Translations under genes and position numbers: made by a program | Source: Octopus vulgaris | Taxonomy: Eukaryota | Length of the DNA stretch: 64,000 bases | Reading direction: 5' to 3' | Assembly: GCA_951406725.2 (NCBI GenBank) | Contig: OX597822.1 | Coordinates: forward strand, 113,150,001 to 113,214,000 | Shown here: positions 11,219-25,754 of the stretch, in pieces | Position numbering within the stretch: position 1 is the first letter of the stretch | How the letters are laid out: every line of letters starts with the position of its first letter | Notes under the pieces: model-generated | Seen by the model: the letters and a program-made list of their open reading frames with translations, nothing else | What the model was told of the DNA's origin: nothing | The model's database searches: none

Positions 11219-11669
11219 CTAGTTATGCTGATTTTCGCTACCACTGTTAAGTGTGACAGACACGTTATATTTTCAATATCCGATGTAGTTTAGTGCCGGA
11301 AGTTGGCTCAATCAGTTACACACCAAATGAAATATATCGAAGTTATTTGATTACGTCGTTTTGCGATCTGAGTTCAAATCTTCCAGAAGTCATCTTTGGT
11401 TCACATCCCTTTCCTCTCGATACAAGAATATACCAGTGATATAGTGGGATCGTGTAAATCGACGATATTCCATTCAATGATTGCATACGTTTGTGGAGAA
11501 AGTTTAAATCATTAACAACATACTACTATTCATATATCGTGAGGTATTCCGTTGCGAAAGACTCTGGTGCAACGAATGATATTACATAATTATGCTGTTA
11601 ATTAGATTACTGGTGACAAATTACAAGAAACAAACTTTGTTTTTTGTTGATTTGTTTCTCTTTTTTTAT

Positions 11670-11790
11670 TTACTTTCCAACCACATGGTTCCGCGTTCAG
11701 TCCCATCTTGAGCAAGTGTCTTCTACTATATCCCTGGGCCAACGAAAGCCTTGTGAGTCGTTTTGATAGATGGAAACTGATAGAAGCCCG

Positions 11791-11824
<34 letters not shown>

Positions 11825-11846
11825 TCGTGTGTGTATGTGTGTGCGT

Positions 11847-11898
<52 letters not shown>

Positions 11899-12025
11899 CT
11901 GTGTCCGTGTTTGTCCCCACCATGCTCTTGACAACTGATGTTGATTTGTTCGACTAAAAACTCTTCAAGACGGTGCCCCAGTGTGGCCACAGTCTAATGA
12001 CTGAAACAAGTAAAGAATAAAAGAT
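11670..12025 (+). mobile_element. SINE family B, diverged and internally deleted copy
   Basis: Head, CORE-like and tail segments recognisable. Confidence 0.75.
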
Positions 12026-12619
12026 ACCAATAACAAGGAATATAGCAATCAAATTTAAAGTGTAATTTTGTTAACCTCCACCTTGAAGTTGTATGCAAAA
12101 GGTTACCGTAAAGATATGTTCCTTAGTTTTTCTTTACATCTTTTAGCCATCACTACCAAGGCACCACCTTCTTTGTAGGAATCTCACTTCATCGTATCAA
12201 TCAAATTTTATTAGAGCGTGTATTTTAGTAAAAATACTTATAGAACAAGTCACATACTTTATTATTTTGTATATCACCCGTGGGTATCAGAATATATGAA
12301 TTATTTTAATGTTACCAATACGAACTCGTTATGTGGTTTCGATCACCAGAAGTCGTCTCACTTCACTTATACTGCAAAACATTCTTAGTAAAAGAATAAA
12401 CCCTACAACAATCATTCAATTTGCCTAATATTTAGGATTTTTGTTCATAGACCGGAACAAAACAATATTTACAATCTCAAATGCGTGAGTTGTTCCAAGA
12501 AATATTAGTAGAAATGATTTCAGATCTTCCTATCCAACATATCACACAAAAAATTAACTTTGTGTCTTGCTTTAAGCAATAAATTATTATTATTATTATC
12601 ATTATTATTATTATTATCA

Positions 12620-12780
12620 TGAGTTCAAATTCCGCCGTGGTCGACTTTGCCTTTCATCCTTTCGGGGGTCGATAAATTAAGTACCAGTTACGCACTGGGG
12701 TCGATGTAATCGACTTAATCCGTTTGTCTGTCCTTGTTTGTCCCCTCTGTGTTTAGCCCCTTGTAGGCAATAAAAAAATA
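12620..12780 (+). mobile_element. SINE family C, 5'-truncated
   Basis: High similarity to the 3' part of 45746-45980; inserted in (TAT)n. Confidence 0.85.
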
Positions 12781-13489
12781 TTATTATTATCATTAGTGTA
12801 TCTGTAAAGTTAATGTTGCATGGATTGTTTTCTGTAGAATAACATCAGGTTCTTTATATCTCCCGATAATGTATGCGGACTAATAAGAAATGCTATCTTT
12901 TGTAAATTGCATCTTGTGATGTTATGTAATTATACAATTAATACTTCATCTCGAGCTAATTTGTGGGAAGAAGTGATGTAGTAAGCTCCATCGGTAATAT
13001 ACAGTTGAATGAAGTGGAAAGTAGAAGAAAATAATTCCAAAACAGTAGTAAGAAATGTGTGAAATTATTACAACTTTTGGTAAGAATACAGTAAAAATGA
13101 AATCCCAGTTAAATTTCCACTTCACTCCAGCTTGCTAATGTGTTATAGTGAATGAAACTGTTTGACACTACTATATAAATCATCGGCGTATGAACGAATG
13201 TGTTCGAAACTGCTACCCGTTTACACTAATTCAGACAGTGGTGCTGGTAGTAGTGTTGACTGCTAAAACATCGCTCGGGTGCCGGCAGCTCGGGTGTCAC
13301 TTCAAGAAGCCTTCGTAGTAGTTCTTGAATTTGGAGTGGGGTTTGGTAGGCAGGAAGATGAACATTAACGGTAAAGGGAGTCTTCAGACAGGAGGGAGAA
13401 GGGTAAAGATACCATCGTTGTTTCTATGTCTTTTCGTATATATATTCCGACGAGCAGGCTTCTTTACTGTCCCATTAAAAGGTTTCTTT

Positions 13490-13620
13490 CGGCTATCATT
13501 GGTCGTTTAGAATATAGTTCTTTATCGCCATTGGCTGCTGTTACAGATGAGGTACCGAACGATTCTACAGTCTTGTTTTGATTGACGGTATCTAAGACAT
13601 TATAAGACTCTGTACAGGAG
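13490..13620 (+). promoter_or_regulatory. Candidate twist core/proximal promoter
   Basis: Two inverted CCAAT boxes (ATTGG 13498-13502 and 13530-13534), E-box CAGATG 13544-13549, TGATTGACGG 13579-13588 and TATAA 13601-13605, in a repeat-free island ~1 kb upstream of the ATG. Motif-based inference only. Confidence 0.5.
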
Positions 13621-14571
13621 GAAAGTGATAGAAAGAACTTTACGCATAGTTATCTCAGAGTGTCTGTGAAGGGGGAAGAGAGAGAGGAAGAGAGCGAGAC
13701 AGAGAATTACGTAGCACACAAAAACATCGAAACACACTATCATGCAGCTTTTAACAGCTATGGACTATCATTTACTAACACATTCACAAGACTATGTATT
13801 CTGGCCACATACTGACAGAAGCGAGTGAGAGAGGAACTTATAAATAAGAGGATTGTTAGAAACCATCACTTACGTTTTCAAACAAACTGGAGATTGACGG
13901 ACACATCGCTTGTATTTTCCCATTCTACTTTGGAACTTTGGCAAATGTTAACAACATCTTTGACAGAATAGTAACAGTACATGTTGATATATTCTGTAGA
14001 TGTGGCACTTCATTCACTAATCTTACCATTTAATTTTTGCAATTGTCGCAGACGCAATTCCTTTAATATATTATTCTTTAATAACTTTATATTTCTGACA
14101 ACAATTGGTTGCTTCTGTTCAACTTCCGAAACATTTCTTATCAAGTTAAAAAAAAAAAAAAATGATAAATTATAACTTAACGATCTGAGTAATCGTTCAT
14201 TCATATATATTTATATAAACTCCCACAAAATATTACGCACTCAGTTACACACACACACAACTTTACATAAACATTCTGTATAAAAACAAGTGAAAAAAAA
14301 AAAGAGACCTTTAATAAAGTTTGCCATTTGTTACTGTGTAAGCTGACTTTATATAAAAATAACCTGAAACGATTGTTTCAAAACCACAAATATAGATTTT
14401 ATCGCTTTTAATGTGGTAAAAAAAATATGGTCATCTTTTAACACCGCATCATCTATTTACAAAGCAGAAAAATATCTTCACGTGTACCAGCATACACCAA
14501 ACAGTAAACCTGAGTGAAAACTATTTCTCCGTGGAAAAATATTTCGTTACCAGTAGAAGAAAACATTGAAA

Positions 14572-15159
14572 ATGATACCCGAGCATCACTCTCTACTGGA
14601 TGGGGATTCTTTATCTCTGTCCACTCATCATCACCATCATCTTCACCATCATCAAACGTCTAATCAGGATATACCCAGCAGTGATGACGAATCAGAAAAA
14701 ATGCGAATACAGCGAAAACGTGGTTATACGAAGAATGGTCTCTGTGGTGACGTTGGTTCTCCGGACTCGTTAAAGTTGACCCCTGTCCATTCCCTTGCTG
14801 TAACATGTTCATCTCACGCTTCAGCTGTTCGAAAGGCACGCCGAAAAAATCCTCAGTCCGTCGAAGATATCCAGAATCAAAGAGTTTTAGCAAATGTACG
14901 TGAACGTCAACGTACGCAGTCATTAAACGAAGCATTTGCCCAACTTCGTAAAATCATTCCGACCCTGCCGTCTGATAAACTGAGCAAAATACAAACACTC
15001 AAGCTTGCAGCGCGGTATATTGATTTCTTATATCAGGTACTTCGTAGTGATGACACGGACAATAAAATGGCATCGTGTAGCTATATGGCACACGAGAGAC
15101 TAAGTTATGCTTTCTCTGTGTGGCGGATGGAAGGTGCGTGGTCAATGGGAGGACACTGA
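14572..15159 (+). CDS. twist: Twist bHLH transcription factor (195 aa, uninterrupted CDS)
   Basis: b[58 protein letters not shown] and the C-terminal WR/Twist-box [16 protein letters not shown]. First ATG at 14572 (the track starts at a TTG), with an in-frame TAG at 14554. N-terminal His-rich tract. Confidence 0.98.
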   Translation: MIPEHHSLLDGDSLSLSTHHHHHLHHHQTSNQDIPSSDDESEKMRIQRKRGYTKNGLCGDVGSPDSLKLTPVHSLAVTCSSHASAVRKARRKNPQSVEDIQNQRVLANVRERQRTQSLNEAFAQLRKIIPTLPSDKLSKIQTLKLAARYIDFLYQVLRSDDTDNKMASCSYMAHERLSYAFSVWRMEGAWSMGGH

Positions 15160-16087
15160 ACTTTGTAATGAAATTCCCACATCCAACTGTGTAAAGAAGA
15201 AGCGTAACAATCGATCGTCTATCGACGTTACACTACAGCAAACATTGTATATTTAATTACATGTGATATAAACAGTATGGTCAAAATCTCCAGGTGCTTG
15301 ACTGTGACATTCTATTTAATCTGTCGAGTGATTGTTCCTGTAAATGGTGACAAAAGAGAGAATTTGACAGTTCAATGACAGTCGTCTCTACAGCTGAACC
15401 GAAACGTTGCCAGTGACCACAAGCGCCGAATGTATTGCATACAGACACAGGTCAGTAAGAAATGACATTCAGACAAAAAAGGTGACAAAGGTGTGGTACA
15501 AAAAAAAAAGTGGTTAACTTCGGTCGTCAGTGTTGTAACGTTTCGTAAGTTATCTGGAAGGCTCCGTACGGTGAGTATCCATCCTGTCCATGCAGAGGTG
15601 ACTGTGCCAGCTTCCAAAACTGGAAACAGATGATAAATTAATGTACAGATTTTTAAAATGCATTTAATATGACACTTTTTAATGGACTGATAAAGTGTTT
15701 TTTTTTAGTTCTTGAAATATACTATAAATATAAGAATATATATATATATATATTTTGGATACATAATTCAAGTTATTTTAGTTTTTATTTCATCATCGTG
15801 CTTCTTCCTTTAAATGTCGATTACTATATATTTTTCTGTGTTTTGGATGTTCTCTTCGCTACCTATTTATATTTTTGCAATCTACTCTTCTTTCCTGCAA
15901 TTCTTTTCAAAATTTTATGGCTATTCTTTAAATTTCAGAAGCTAATATTATTGATAATCTCAATTGGGAATTATTACAGGAGCAATAGAAACACTAAAAA
16001 TATACACATAAGTTGATTCTTCGTTGTAGACTGAGGCATATACAAACACCTAAGAAAGATCGTATACAAGATAATATTCACTCAGTC

Positions 16088-16093
16088 AATAAA
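16088..16093 (+). promoter_or_regulatory. Candidate polyadenylation signal for twist
   Basis: First AATAAA I could find downstream of the stop, near the end of the repeat-free island. Confidence 0.3.
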
Positions 16094-16573
16094 TGACGCA
16101 GGACTATAGATATATTTGTGTAGAAACGTATGCATGTATACACATAAACTTAACAAAGATTGTATACAAGATAACAGTTAATTAACATATGACCTAAGAA
16201 TTTGTATATTTATTTCTATATATCTAATTCGTGTGTAAGCTTCGATTATGCTAGTTTATTATTCTTTAAATTGTTTCAGCTTTAAAGCTACGGTCATGCT
16301 GGGGCACCACCGTTAACTCCTGTTTGATATTTTACACTAACATAAATATGTGTATTTCATACATTCGCTTGCAACATTCAAGGTAGAAATATTTATACGT
16401 GCAATATTTGGTATTTGACACACACACACACACAAGTAGATAGATAGATTGATTGATAGATAGATAAATAGATAGGCAGACTGACGGACAAACAGACAGA
16501 CAGACAGACAGGTATATAGATAGATAGATGGATAGGTAGATAGACAGATAGATATATATATAGATAGATAGAC

Positions 16574-16647
<74 letters not shown>

Positions 16648-16862
16648 AGAGTGAATTTAATTCCAATTATGCTACGGAAATTTTGACGTAATATCATCAG
16701 TTGCCCCAGTTAATTACAGGTAGACAAGAACTTACGCTATGCGAAACAGAGTTTTATTTCGTGCACGTAACATGAAGGCATGCAACAGTATTTACATACG
16801 TTCACGTTTGATATGACATACATAAACGCTCACAATTATATGCACCTTTTTATATATGTACG

Positions 16863-16900
<38 letters not shown>

Positions 16901-16911
16901 AGATGAGCCCT

Positions 16912-17141
16912 TTTTTAAAGCCTTGCCAGGCTCATGGTTTCTATGGCGTATGTGTTCCTCCCAGCTGGACGGGACGCCAGTCCATCGCAGCTTTACTCAC
17001 TTTTGCCAGCCGTGTGGACTGGAGCAACGTGAAATGAAGTGCTTTGCTCAAAAACACAACGCACCGCCCGGTCCAGGAATCGAAACCACAATCTTACGAT
17101 CATGATGATGACACCCTAACAACTAAGCCACGCGCCTCCAC
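16912..17141 (-). mobile_element. tRNA-derived SINE (family D)
   Basis: Minus strand GTGGAGGCGCGTGGCTTAG...GGTTTCGATTCCTGGACCGGGCG head with a different body; decayed relative at ~28520-28800. Confidence 0.8.
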
Positions 17142-17563
17142 ACACACACATACGTATATGTCTAATGGACGAAATTGTCGATCTTTAAATCACTGTCATT
17201 TTTGTAACTTCCTGGTAAATGTGTGTATATTGCATATATGTATATATGCATATGTGTGTGTGGGGATGCTCGTATATAAATATATATATATATATATATG
17301 TCTACATACATACATGTACATATATATATGTATGTATTTATATTTTTATATATGTATGTACGTATGTATGTAGTGTGTATGCATAATAGTCGGTACGCGG
17401 GAATTGAGCCACACATTGATGACATTTTAAAACTATTCTTTTCTTAGTGATCAACTATTGAATGTGTAGAGAATGAAAAATATGTCCACAAACACACGGT
17501 CTCCCTCGCTCTCATACACACTCTCTTTCTCTCTCTTCCCCCTCTATCTCTCCTCTCTGTCTG

Positions 17564-17608
<45 letters not shown>

Positions 17609-18065
17609 CTATCTCTGGGCACATGTATAAACATATATGCTTCTGTATATATATATATATATGTTCAACTATATATAGATAAATACTTTTTACATGCATA
17701 TACATGAACGCACGAATATACTACAATGAGCTTTATATGTAAACACACACACACACACACACACAACGCACAGATATATGGGTTTGTGTGTACGTGAGTG
17801 TATATATATATATGTGTGTGTGTGTGTATGTATATGTATATGTATATGCGTGTGTCTGTATGTATGTGTTGATTGTTTATATATATATAATTTCTGATTG
17901 CAACAGCCCATATGTGTGTGTGTGTGTGTACCCATTTGCATATATATAGCAGATATATAACCATAGATTTTGATAGCACATTTTATCTAATATACATAAT
18001 CATATACATATTTACGCATACATACGCACATATATACATACACATATATATATATATACACAAAC

Positions 18066-18118
<53 letters not shown>

Positions 18119-18855
18119 TACATATATACGTATATATACATATACACACACACATATATATATATATACATATATGTATATATATACACACACACACATA
18201 TATATATATACATACATACACACACACACATATATATATATACATATATATACATATACATACACACATATATATACATACATACATACATGACACTATA
18301 TGCATGACAATTCACATACATAAACATACATACATACATACATACATACATACATACATACATACATACATACATACATACATACATACATACATACATA
18401 CATACATACATACATACATACATACAAACAGAAGTACCCTGATGTTCCTGTTGAAATGCCAATGAAGGAGCCTTGGGTCTATGTTAGAAACCGGTTCTTT
18501 CTGTATTGGCAAGAACTCTTAAAATAAACCGAATAATGACATACATAATCGATTAGAGTTTAAATACCACCGAGGTCAAACTTTAACCCTTTCGAAGACG
18601 ATTTCAAGTCTCGTACATCGTCTTTAGCATTATTTGTTTTAGCATACTGGTTAAGGCCACGCTGGAGCAAGTGTCAATGAAATGATATGTATTGCACAGT
18701 ATAAACTTAAGTGTATATTGTTGAAGTCATGTGTGCATATGCGTACGTGTGATTTTTTTATGTAGATATGTTGTTATATGTTTGTGTTGGTATGTATCGA
18801 TAAGCGTGTCTTTTAATGAACGACCACATACGTCTGTATAAATATGCAAGAGGAG

Positions 18856-18962
<107 letters not shown>

Positions 18963-19274
18963 GTATATATATATATATATATATATCCGTTATATATATA
19001 TATATGAGTATATACATATACACACACACACACATATATATATGTATATGTAACATGTATCATGCATGTATGTAGACACACACATACAAACATACATACA
19101 TACAAACAAACATACAAACATGCATATACAGATACATAGATATATACACGCATTCACAGATACACACGGAGATAAATACTAATAAGCGCATATACGCATA
19201 GGAAGATATATATGTATGTGTTGTGTATATATTTATGGACAAAAAAAATGATCCTCCCCTACATATATATCTAT

Positions 19275-19378
<104 letters not shown>

Positions 19379-19405
19379 GAGAGAGATGGATGGATGGATG
19401 GACAT

Positions 19406-19473
<68 letters not shown>

Positions 19474-20838
19474 GCTGATTGATTGATTGATTGCATGTAT
19501 ATGTGTGGTGTATATGTGTGCGTGTGGTTGATTATTTACTTAAATAAATACACTCCTTATAAAATTGCTATTACTCAGAACTAATAATTTTCTCGCGCTT
19601 TTTAATATGTTACAAGTAACAATATTACTAAATATGTAACAGCATATCCATAAGATCCCTCGGAGATTTTTATTATCTCAATACTAAATGTATTGCTATA
19701 GATCTGAAGCACTCGGTCTATAAGAATTTTATCATATTAGTGTCAAAATATCGAGAAGACTCGTGTATGTATGAATATATCTAGTTGTCAAGACCGGGTG
19801 GCAAATAATCACACGTACAAAACATACAACAACTGAGACATCACTTCCAGTCGATGTTACTGGAAATATATAAACATGTGTTCTCTATCAATATATTGCT
19901 TAAGAAATTCGATATCACCAAAATCCAGATAAATTGCTATTAATTTCTATATTTAATTTACGTAAGGCATTTAGCGTCAGTCAAATCTTTATTGAAGGAC
20001 AATTGTTCGGTTATTAAATTGCATCAAATTTTGTTTCACCAATTTCAAATATTTACACAGCTTATATATTACGAGCAAAATGTCGCCCATCGTCTGTTAT
20101 GAATCGAACTATCACGATCAAATGCTTTCCAACTGAGTCAACCCAGTCTTATTTACATAAAATATTCATTTAGGATATACATTAGGATATGCATTATCAG
20201 ATTTGTCCTGTCTTATTTAAGACGTATTTTAGGGAGATTTGGCTGCTATTCTATGGAGTACTTTAACCACTTTGATGGTTACCTCTTTGCAGTGTGTGTG
20301 CGTAAAATGTAATAACTTCCCTCTATTATAATTATCATTTATATCTAGGATACATTATACGTATCAAGGCCAGTACTTGACATATTATTTTATCAACCCC
20401 GAAACGATGAAAGGCAAAGTTGACCACTGCGGAACTTGAACTCAGAACATAAAAACCTATTGCCAAATATTGTAGGTTAATGATTTGCCAATCCTGCCGT
20501 TATTTCGTTGTTAATAATAGTCTTTTTACATACAACATATGTTACAAAATGGAACGTGTGGGGTTATCACACACAAACACACAAATATACACATATATAC
20601 GACAGTCTTTTTCAATTTCTGTGTACGATATCCACTCACACGGCCTTGGTCGGCCTGAGGCTGTAATATATATATATATATATAAATATATATATATACA
20701 TATATATATGTGTATATATATACATATATATATAAAGTTAATCCAAACAAGAAAGCACAAAAAAACACAACAACGCGAGGACGTGGAACAAATATAGTAT
20801 TATTGGACACTCAGGAAAGAAGGAAAGGGTATACGTAT

Positions 20839-20914
<76 letters not shown>

Positions 20915-21072
20915 CACATATATACATATATATATATGTATATATATAAACGAAAATATAAGTATATATATATATGTACATACATACATATATGTATGTA
21001 TGTCAGTGTATATGAGGTAATCTTATTAGATAAATACATTCACATGTAAAGGTTATGAAAAATATTTGTCTC

Positions 21073-21130
<58 letters not shown>

Positions 21131-21179
21131 CACACACATGCATACATATACAAACATGTACAACATATATATAGATACA

Positions 21180-21450
21180 TAATGAAAGTAATTGAAATTG
21201 AAATTTATAATAGTGAAAGTATTAATAGACATTGTTTCACTTTTGACGCATAATACGGAAACAGTATGAGAGATAAGAGATTGATCCGGGCTCGAATTAG
21301 GCAAGAAAACCTTTTTGGACCCATGACACTGCATGGACCCTAAGTAAAGCATGTCTAAAATTTGAATGAAATCGGTTGAGTAGTTCTCGAGTTTTAGTGA
21401 TGCACTCACACACACACACACACACACATTCTCAGCTTTATATAAACAGA
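21180..21450 (-). mobile_element. Probable non-autonomous Helitron fragment (5' end)
   Basis: Ends in (CA)n...CAGCTTTATATAAACAGA-T, resembling the terminus of the Helitron at 628-1144; no CTAG end seen. Confidence 0.45.
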
Positions 21451-21771
21451 TTATGACATTAAAATCGATGACTAACACAAATAATAGAAACAGAGATGGA
21501 ATATGCAATGTAGGTGCATACGTATATGCATGATTGTGAATAAGGTATACAAATATGAATAAAAGAATACGGATAGGTACAAGTAAAGGCGACACCCATC
21601 CTCACTTGAGTGAGAAACTACCACATAAGCAAAATCAGGGTAACCGACGACCCCGATCAGCTTCTAGACTGAGTATGCAAACCTGTATTCCGAAAACACT
21701 CGTAAGCATCTTCGTAGTTATATTAGTGAGAATACCTTCGTGATAGTTCAATTTTAGCAATTGATAGACAA

Positions 21772-22164
21772 CTCTTTACTCTTTACTTGTTTCAGTCATT
21801 TGACTGCGGCCATGCTGGAGCACCGCCTTTAGTCGAGCAAATCGACCCCGGGACTTATTCTTTGTAAGCCCAGTACTTATTCTATCGGTCTCTTTTGCCG
21901 AACCGCTAATGTGACGGGGACGTAAACACACCAGCATCGGTTGTCAAGCAATGCTAGGGGGACAAACATAGACACACAAACACACACACACATATATATA
22001 CGACGGGCTTCTTTCAGTTTCCGTCTCCCAAATTCACTCACAAGGCATTGGTCGGCCCGGGGCTATAGCAGAAGACACTTGCCCAAGATGTCACGCAGTG
22101 GGACTGAACCCGGAACCGTGTGGTTGGTAAGCAAGCTACTTACTACACAGCCACTCCTGCGCCT
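21772..22164 (-). mobile_element. SINE family B, full length, young
   Basis: Near-identical to 48116-48529. Confidence 0.9.
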
Positions 22165-23904
22165 TGAGGTTTCTTTACCATTCTTTCATTCATGTGTCAC
22201 GCATAATCAACCTCTACCCCATTCTCAGCTATTTGTCACCTTCTTCTAAGTCGTTCATCAAATTCATCAGGTTGTCATTGGTGACTCGAAGAATCTTGAA
22301 TCTCATGCTGTTACTGGTGAGGGACCCTTTAACTTCCTGTTACTCTAACCGGCCGCCAGATCCTCATAATGAGGAGCCACGACCGGTGGTGATAAAGAAA
22401 CAACAACCTCTGATGTGTTTTTTTTTTTTTCAGCTCATCTTATCTGCCTCCCTATTTTGTTCCTTTTTTTCTGGCACTTTTTGGCAAAACGTTAATAGCT
22501 CTTGATCCCATATTTGTAACAAGACTTTCTACCCTTCATTTTGTTTGCATTTTTTTCTGTTGTTACAAGATGTTATAGCTTTGAAAGAGCTTTGCAGAAT
22601 TCATATGCCATATGCCATTGGGCATCGTTTCCCTGATGATAAACCAAGGGTTAAGTTGAGCACCAATGTCTTCAACCATGACCCTTCTGTTGCATCTTTC
22701 CGTCTCCCACACACGGCAGCAACCACCCGTGACTAGATATATTGTGTAAAAACACACCAGTCGCCTTATCATTGATTTTAAAAACTAGTCACACACTTCC
22801 AGTGACCCTGCCCTAAACAAACAGAGCTTCTCCAAAGAGCTCCTCAGGGGGAATATCAAAAGACCTCCGCTTTTTTGAAAAATGGAGCTCGGTCACTTAT
22901 ATCTTGCTCATACTCCAATAAATTTTTAGGCCAAAGAAACACTGGTTTTGTTACATACTTTACTCTCGTTTTTGCTTTATTCCTCTCAGGGAACTGTTCT
23001 ATGTCAAGTGTTTCGATTAAGCATATAATATTATTAAAACTGTTATTGCTGGCTTTGTCACTAAAACTCTTACAGTTACTCCTTTTCCATTTGTAGTGGT
23101 TAGAGTATCCATGACAGGATCTTATTAACTTTTTTTTTATCATCATCTTTTCCCATTAGGGTTAGGGTTTAAATTTCGTTCAAATTGTTGAATTTTTCTT
23201 TTCAATTCTTGCTAACACATTTTACAGCACCTCAGAGGATTCCATATCAAATCTTTGAGTAATTTAATGTTTACAGAGCATAAATATAATCAAAACATGC
23301 TAAATAATTTGCACTTTTATTAAGACAAATCTTGGACTTTAGTTTTTTTCAAATCATAGTAATGACGCGAGGACTCAGGTATCCTCAAACAGAATATACT
23401 GGAAAAAAATGGAGTAAGATCCAAATTTTGTCCAGGTTATTTTACAGAGGTCCACTCAACGCAACCAACTCTAGTACAACTAAGATGAATGACAATTTTG
23501 TACAATGACATTAGACCATAACATTTTAAGAGAGAGAGTGCAGTTGACAGGACATTTGGTATTGGCAACAATATCACTGATCCTTAAAGGGGAAAGTGTC
23601 AACGTCAAAAACGGTGACATTTGAATCGAGGACGTTGTGAGCCGTAGTGGGAGTTGGTAAAATGTTGCAAAAGACGCGCTACCACTTTCGCTGCTTCACC
23701 AATAACAATAATAACCCTTTCTACTTATAGGCAGAAGGCCTGAACTTTGCAGGGAGGGAGGGAGGGAGCTAGTTGTTTATATCGACCCCAGTGTACAATT
23801 TCTAAAAGAAGAAAAGCAAAGTTAACCTCGCTGGAATATGAACTGAGAACGTAAAGACCGGACGATAACCACGAAGAAATTTAGCCGGTTTTATAACGAA
23901 TCTA

Positions 23905-24193
23905 GTGGAGGCGCAATGGCCTAGTGGTTAGGGCAGCAGACTCACGGTCGTAGGATCGCGGTTTCGATTCCCAGACCGGGCGTTGTGAGTGTTTATTGAG
24001 CGAAAACACCTGAGGCTCCGGCAGGGGGTGGTGGCGATCCCTGCTGTACTCTTTCACAACTTTCTCTCACTCTTTCTTCTGTTGGCCTGCTCGCTTAGCC
24101 AGCGGGGTGGCGTCATTCAAAGGCTAAAACAATGCGAAGCGCATTGTGACCAGCGATGTGTAACAACTTCTGATAGCCTGGTCGGTCACGGTG
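23905..24193 (+). mobile_element. SINE family A (common tail)
   Basis: tRNA head; 12-bp TSD ATAACGAATCTA (23893-23904 and 24194-24205); inserted in an older family C copy. Confidence 0.9.
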
Positions 24194-24880
24194 ATAACGA
24201 ATCTAACAGCTTGCCGTCTTACCGCCAGCAATAGTAGTAAATTGTATTTTCAGTGACCTTGGATATTGATTCATATCACCGAATTGGGCCGAAATTACTC
24301 CAGAAGTTTTATCCATAAGAATAATCTCCCAGGTGTAAGAACAGAAACACACACACACACACAATATACAAAACATCACAAAATAATACACACATCACAC
24401 ACAGATAGAAACACAGACATACATACGTACATACATACATTCATACATACATACATATATACACTCAGGCGTGCACACCAAAGCAAATTTTATGATTTTA
24501 CAATAATTAAAGTTCCGTCACAAATTCTTGGATAATACCGAAGTGGACAAAATCAATTTCATCATTCATTGGATTCTTTTTCCAACAATTGCCGTAAAAA
24601 CTAAGCAGATTTTTCATTCAGTAATGTAATCAATCATTCAAAACCGCTACGTAAGGCTGGGGATTAGATCCGGCAGTTGCACATTGCATGAAAATATTGC
24701 CTTTAATAATGAGGGATTAACTTATAACAGTTTAACTATTTGGATTTATGGCTGTACATAAACAAAAACTATCGTAAAGATATACAAACAAATAATGAAT
24801 ATTGACTTTATGTAAAGGATGGAGATAAACTGTGTTCAAATATGATATTTATACAAGAATGAGTAAACGAAAGGAAACAA

Positions 24881-24940
<60 letters not shown>

Positions 24941-24948
24941 AACATATA

Positions 24949-25372
24949 CGCAGAGTGGCTGTGTAGTAAGTAGCTTGCTTGCTACCAACCACATGGTTCC
25001 GGGTTCAGTCCCACTGCGTGCTTCCTTGGGCCAGTGATTCCTACTATAGCCTCGGGCCGACCAAAACCTTGTGAGTGGATTTGGTAGACGGAAACTGAAA
25101 GAAGCCCGACGTATATATGTATATATACATATATGTATGCGTGCGTATATGTTTGTGTGTCAGTGTTTGTACCCCGCCCCAACATCGCTTGACAACCGAT
25201 GCTGGTGTGTTTATGTCCCCGTAACCCAGCGGTTCGGCAAAAGTGACCGACAGAATAAGTACTAGGCTTACAAAGAGTAAGCCCTGGGGTCGATTTGCTC
25301 GACTAAAGGCGGTGCTCCAGCATGGCCGCTGTCAAAAGACTGAAACAGGTAAAAGAGTAAAAGAGTAAAGAG
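24949..25372 (+). mobile_element. SINE family B, full length
   Basis: Head, CORE-like segment, internal microsatellite and (GTAAAAGA)n tail. Confidence 0.9.
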
Positions 25373-25443
25373 AGACCACACATACATGTACGACTTTACA
25401 AACATGTAAAGTATCGAATATATTGTATATTTATTTTACATTT

Positions 25444-25754
25444 GTGAAGGCGCAGTGGCCCAGTGGTTAGGGCAGCGGACTCACAATTGTAGGATCGCGG
25501 TTTCGATTCCCAGACCGGGTGTTATGAGTGTTTATTGAGCGAAAACACCTAAAACTCCACGAGGCGCCGGCAGGGGGTGGTGGCGATCCCTGCTGTACCC
25601 TTTCGCAAAAACTTTCTCCCACTCTTTCTTCTGTTGGCCTGCTCGCTCAACCAGCGGGGTGGCGTCATTTGAAGGCTAAAACAATGCTAAGCGCATTGTG
25701 ACCAGCGATGTGTAGCAACATCTGATAGTCTGGTCGGTCACGGTGATCACGATG
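25444..25754 (+). mobile_element. SINE family A (common tail)
   Basis: Aligns with 23905-24193 and 39967-40279. Confidence 0.9.

Noticed and set aside
13742-13828. uORF as an upstream coding exon of Twist
   Set aside because: The GTGAGA donor at 13825 is phase 2, whereas the NAG acceptors at 14551-14559 are phase 0 to the Twist frame.
14566-14571. ORF-track start of Twist at 14566
   Set aside because: That codon is TTG; the first ATG is at 14572.
18428-18510. CTGATG...GAAACCGGTT-CTTTCTGT hammerhead-like layout in a (TACA)n-embedded repeat
   Set aside because: Has the palindromic helix III signature, but A9 is missing and helix I is offset from the core; cannot be supported without a consensus.
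23156-23170. TTAGGG telomere-like repeats
   Set aside because: Only about two units; expected by chance.
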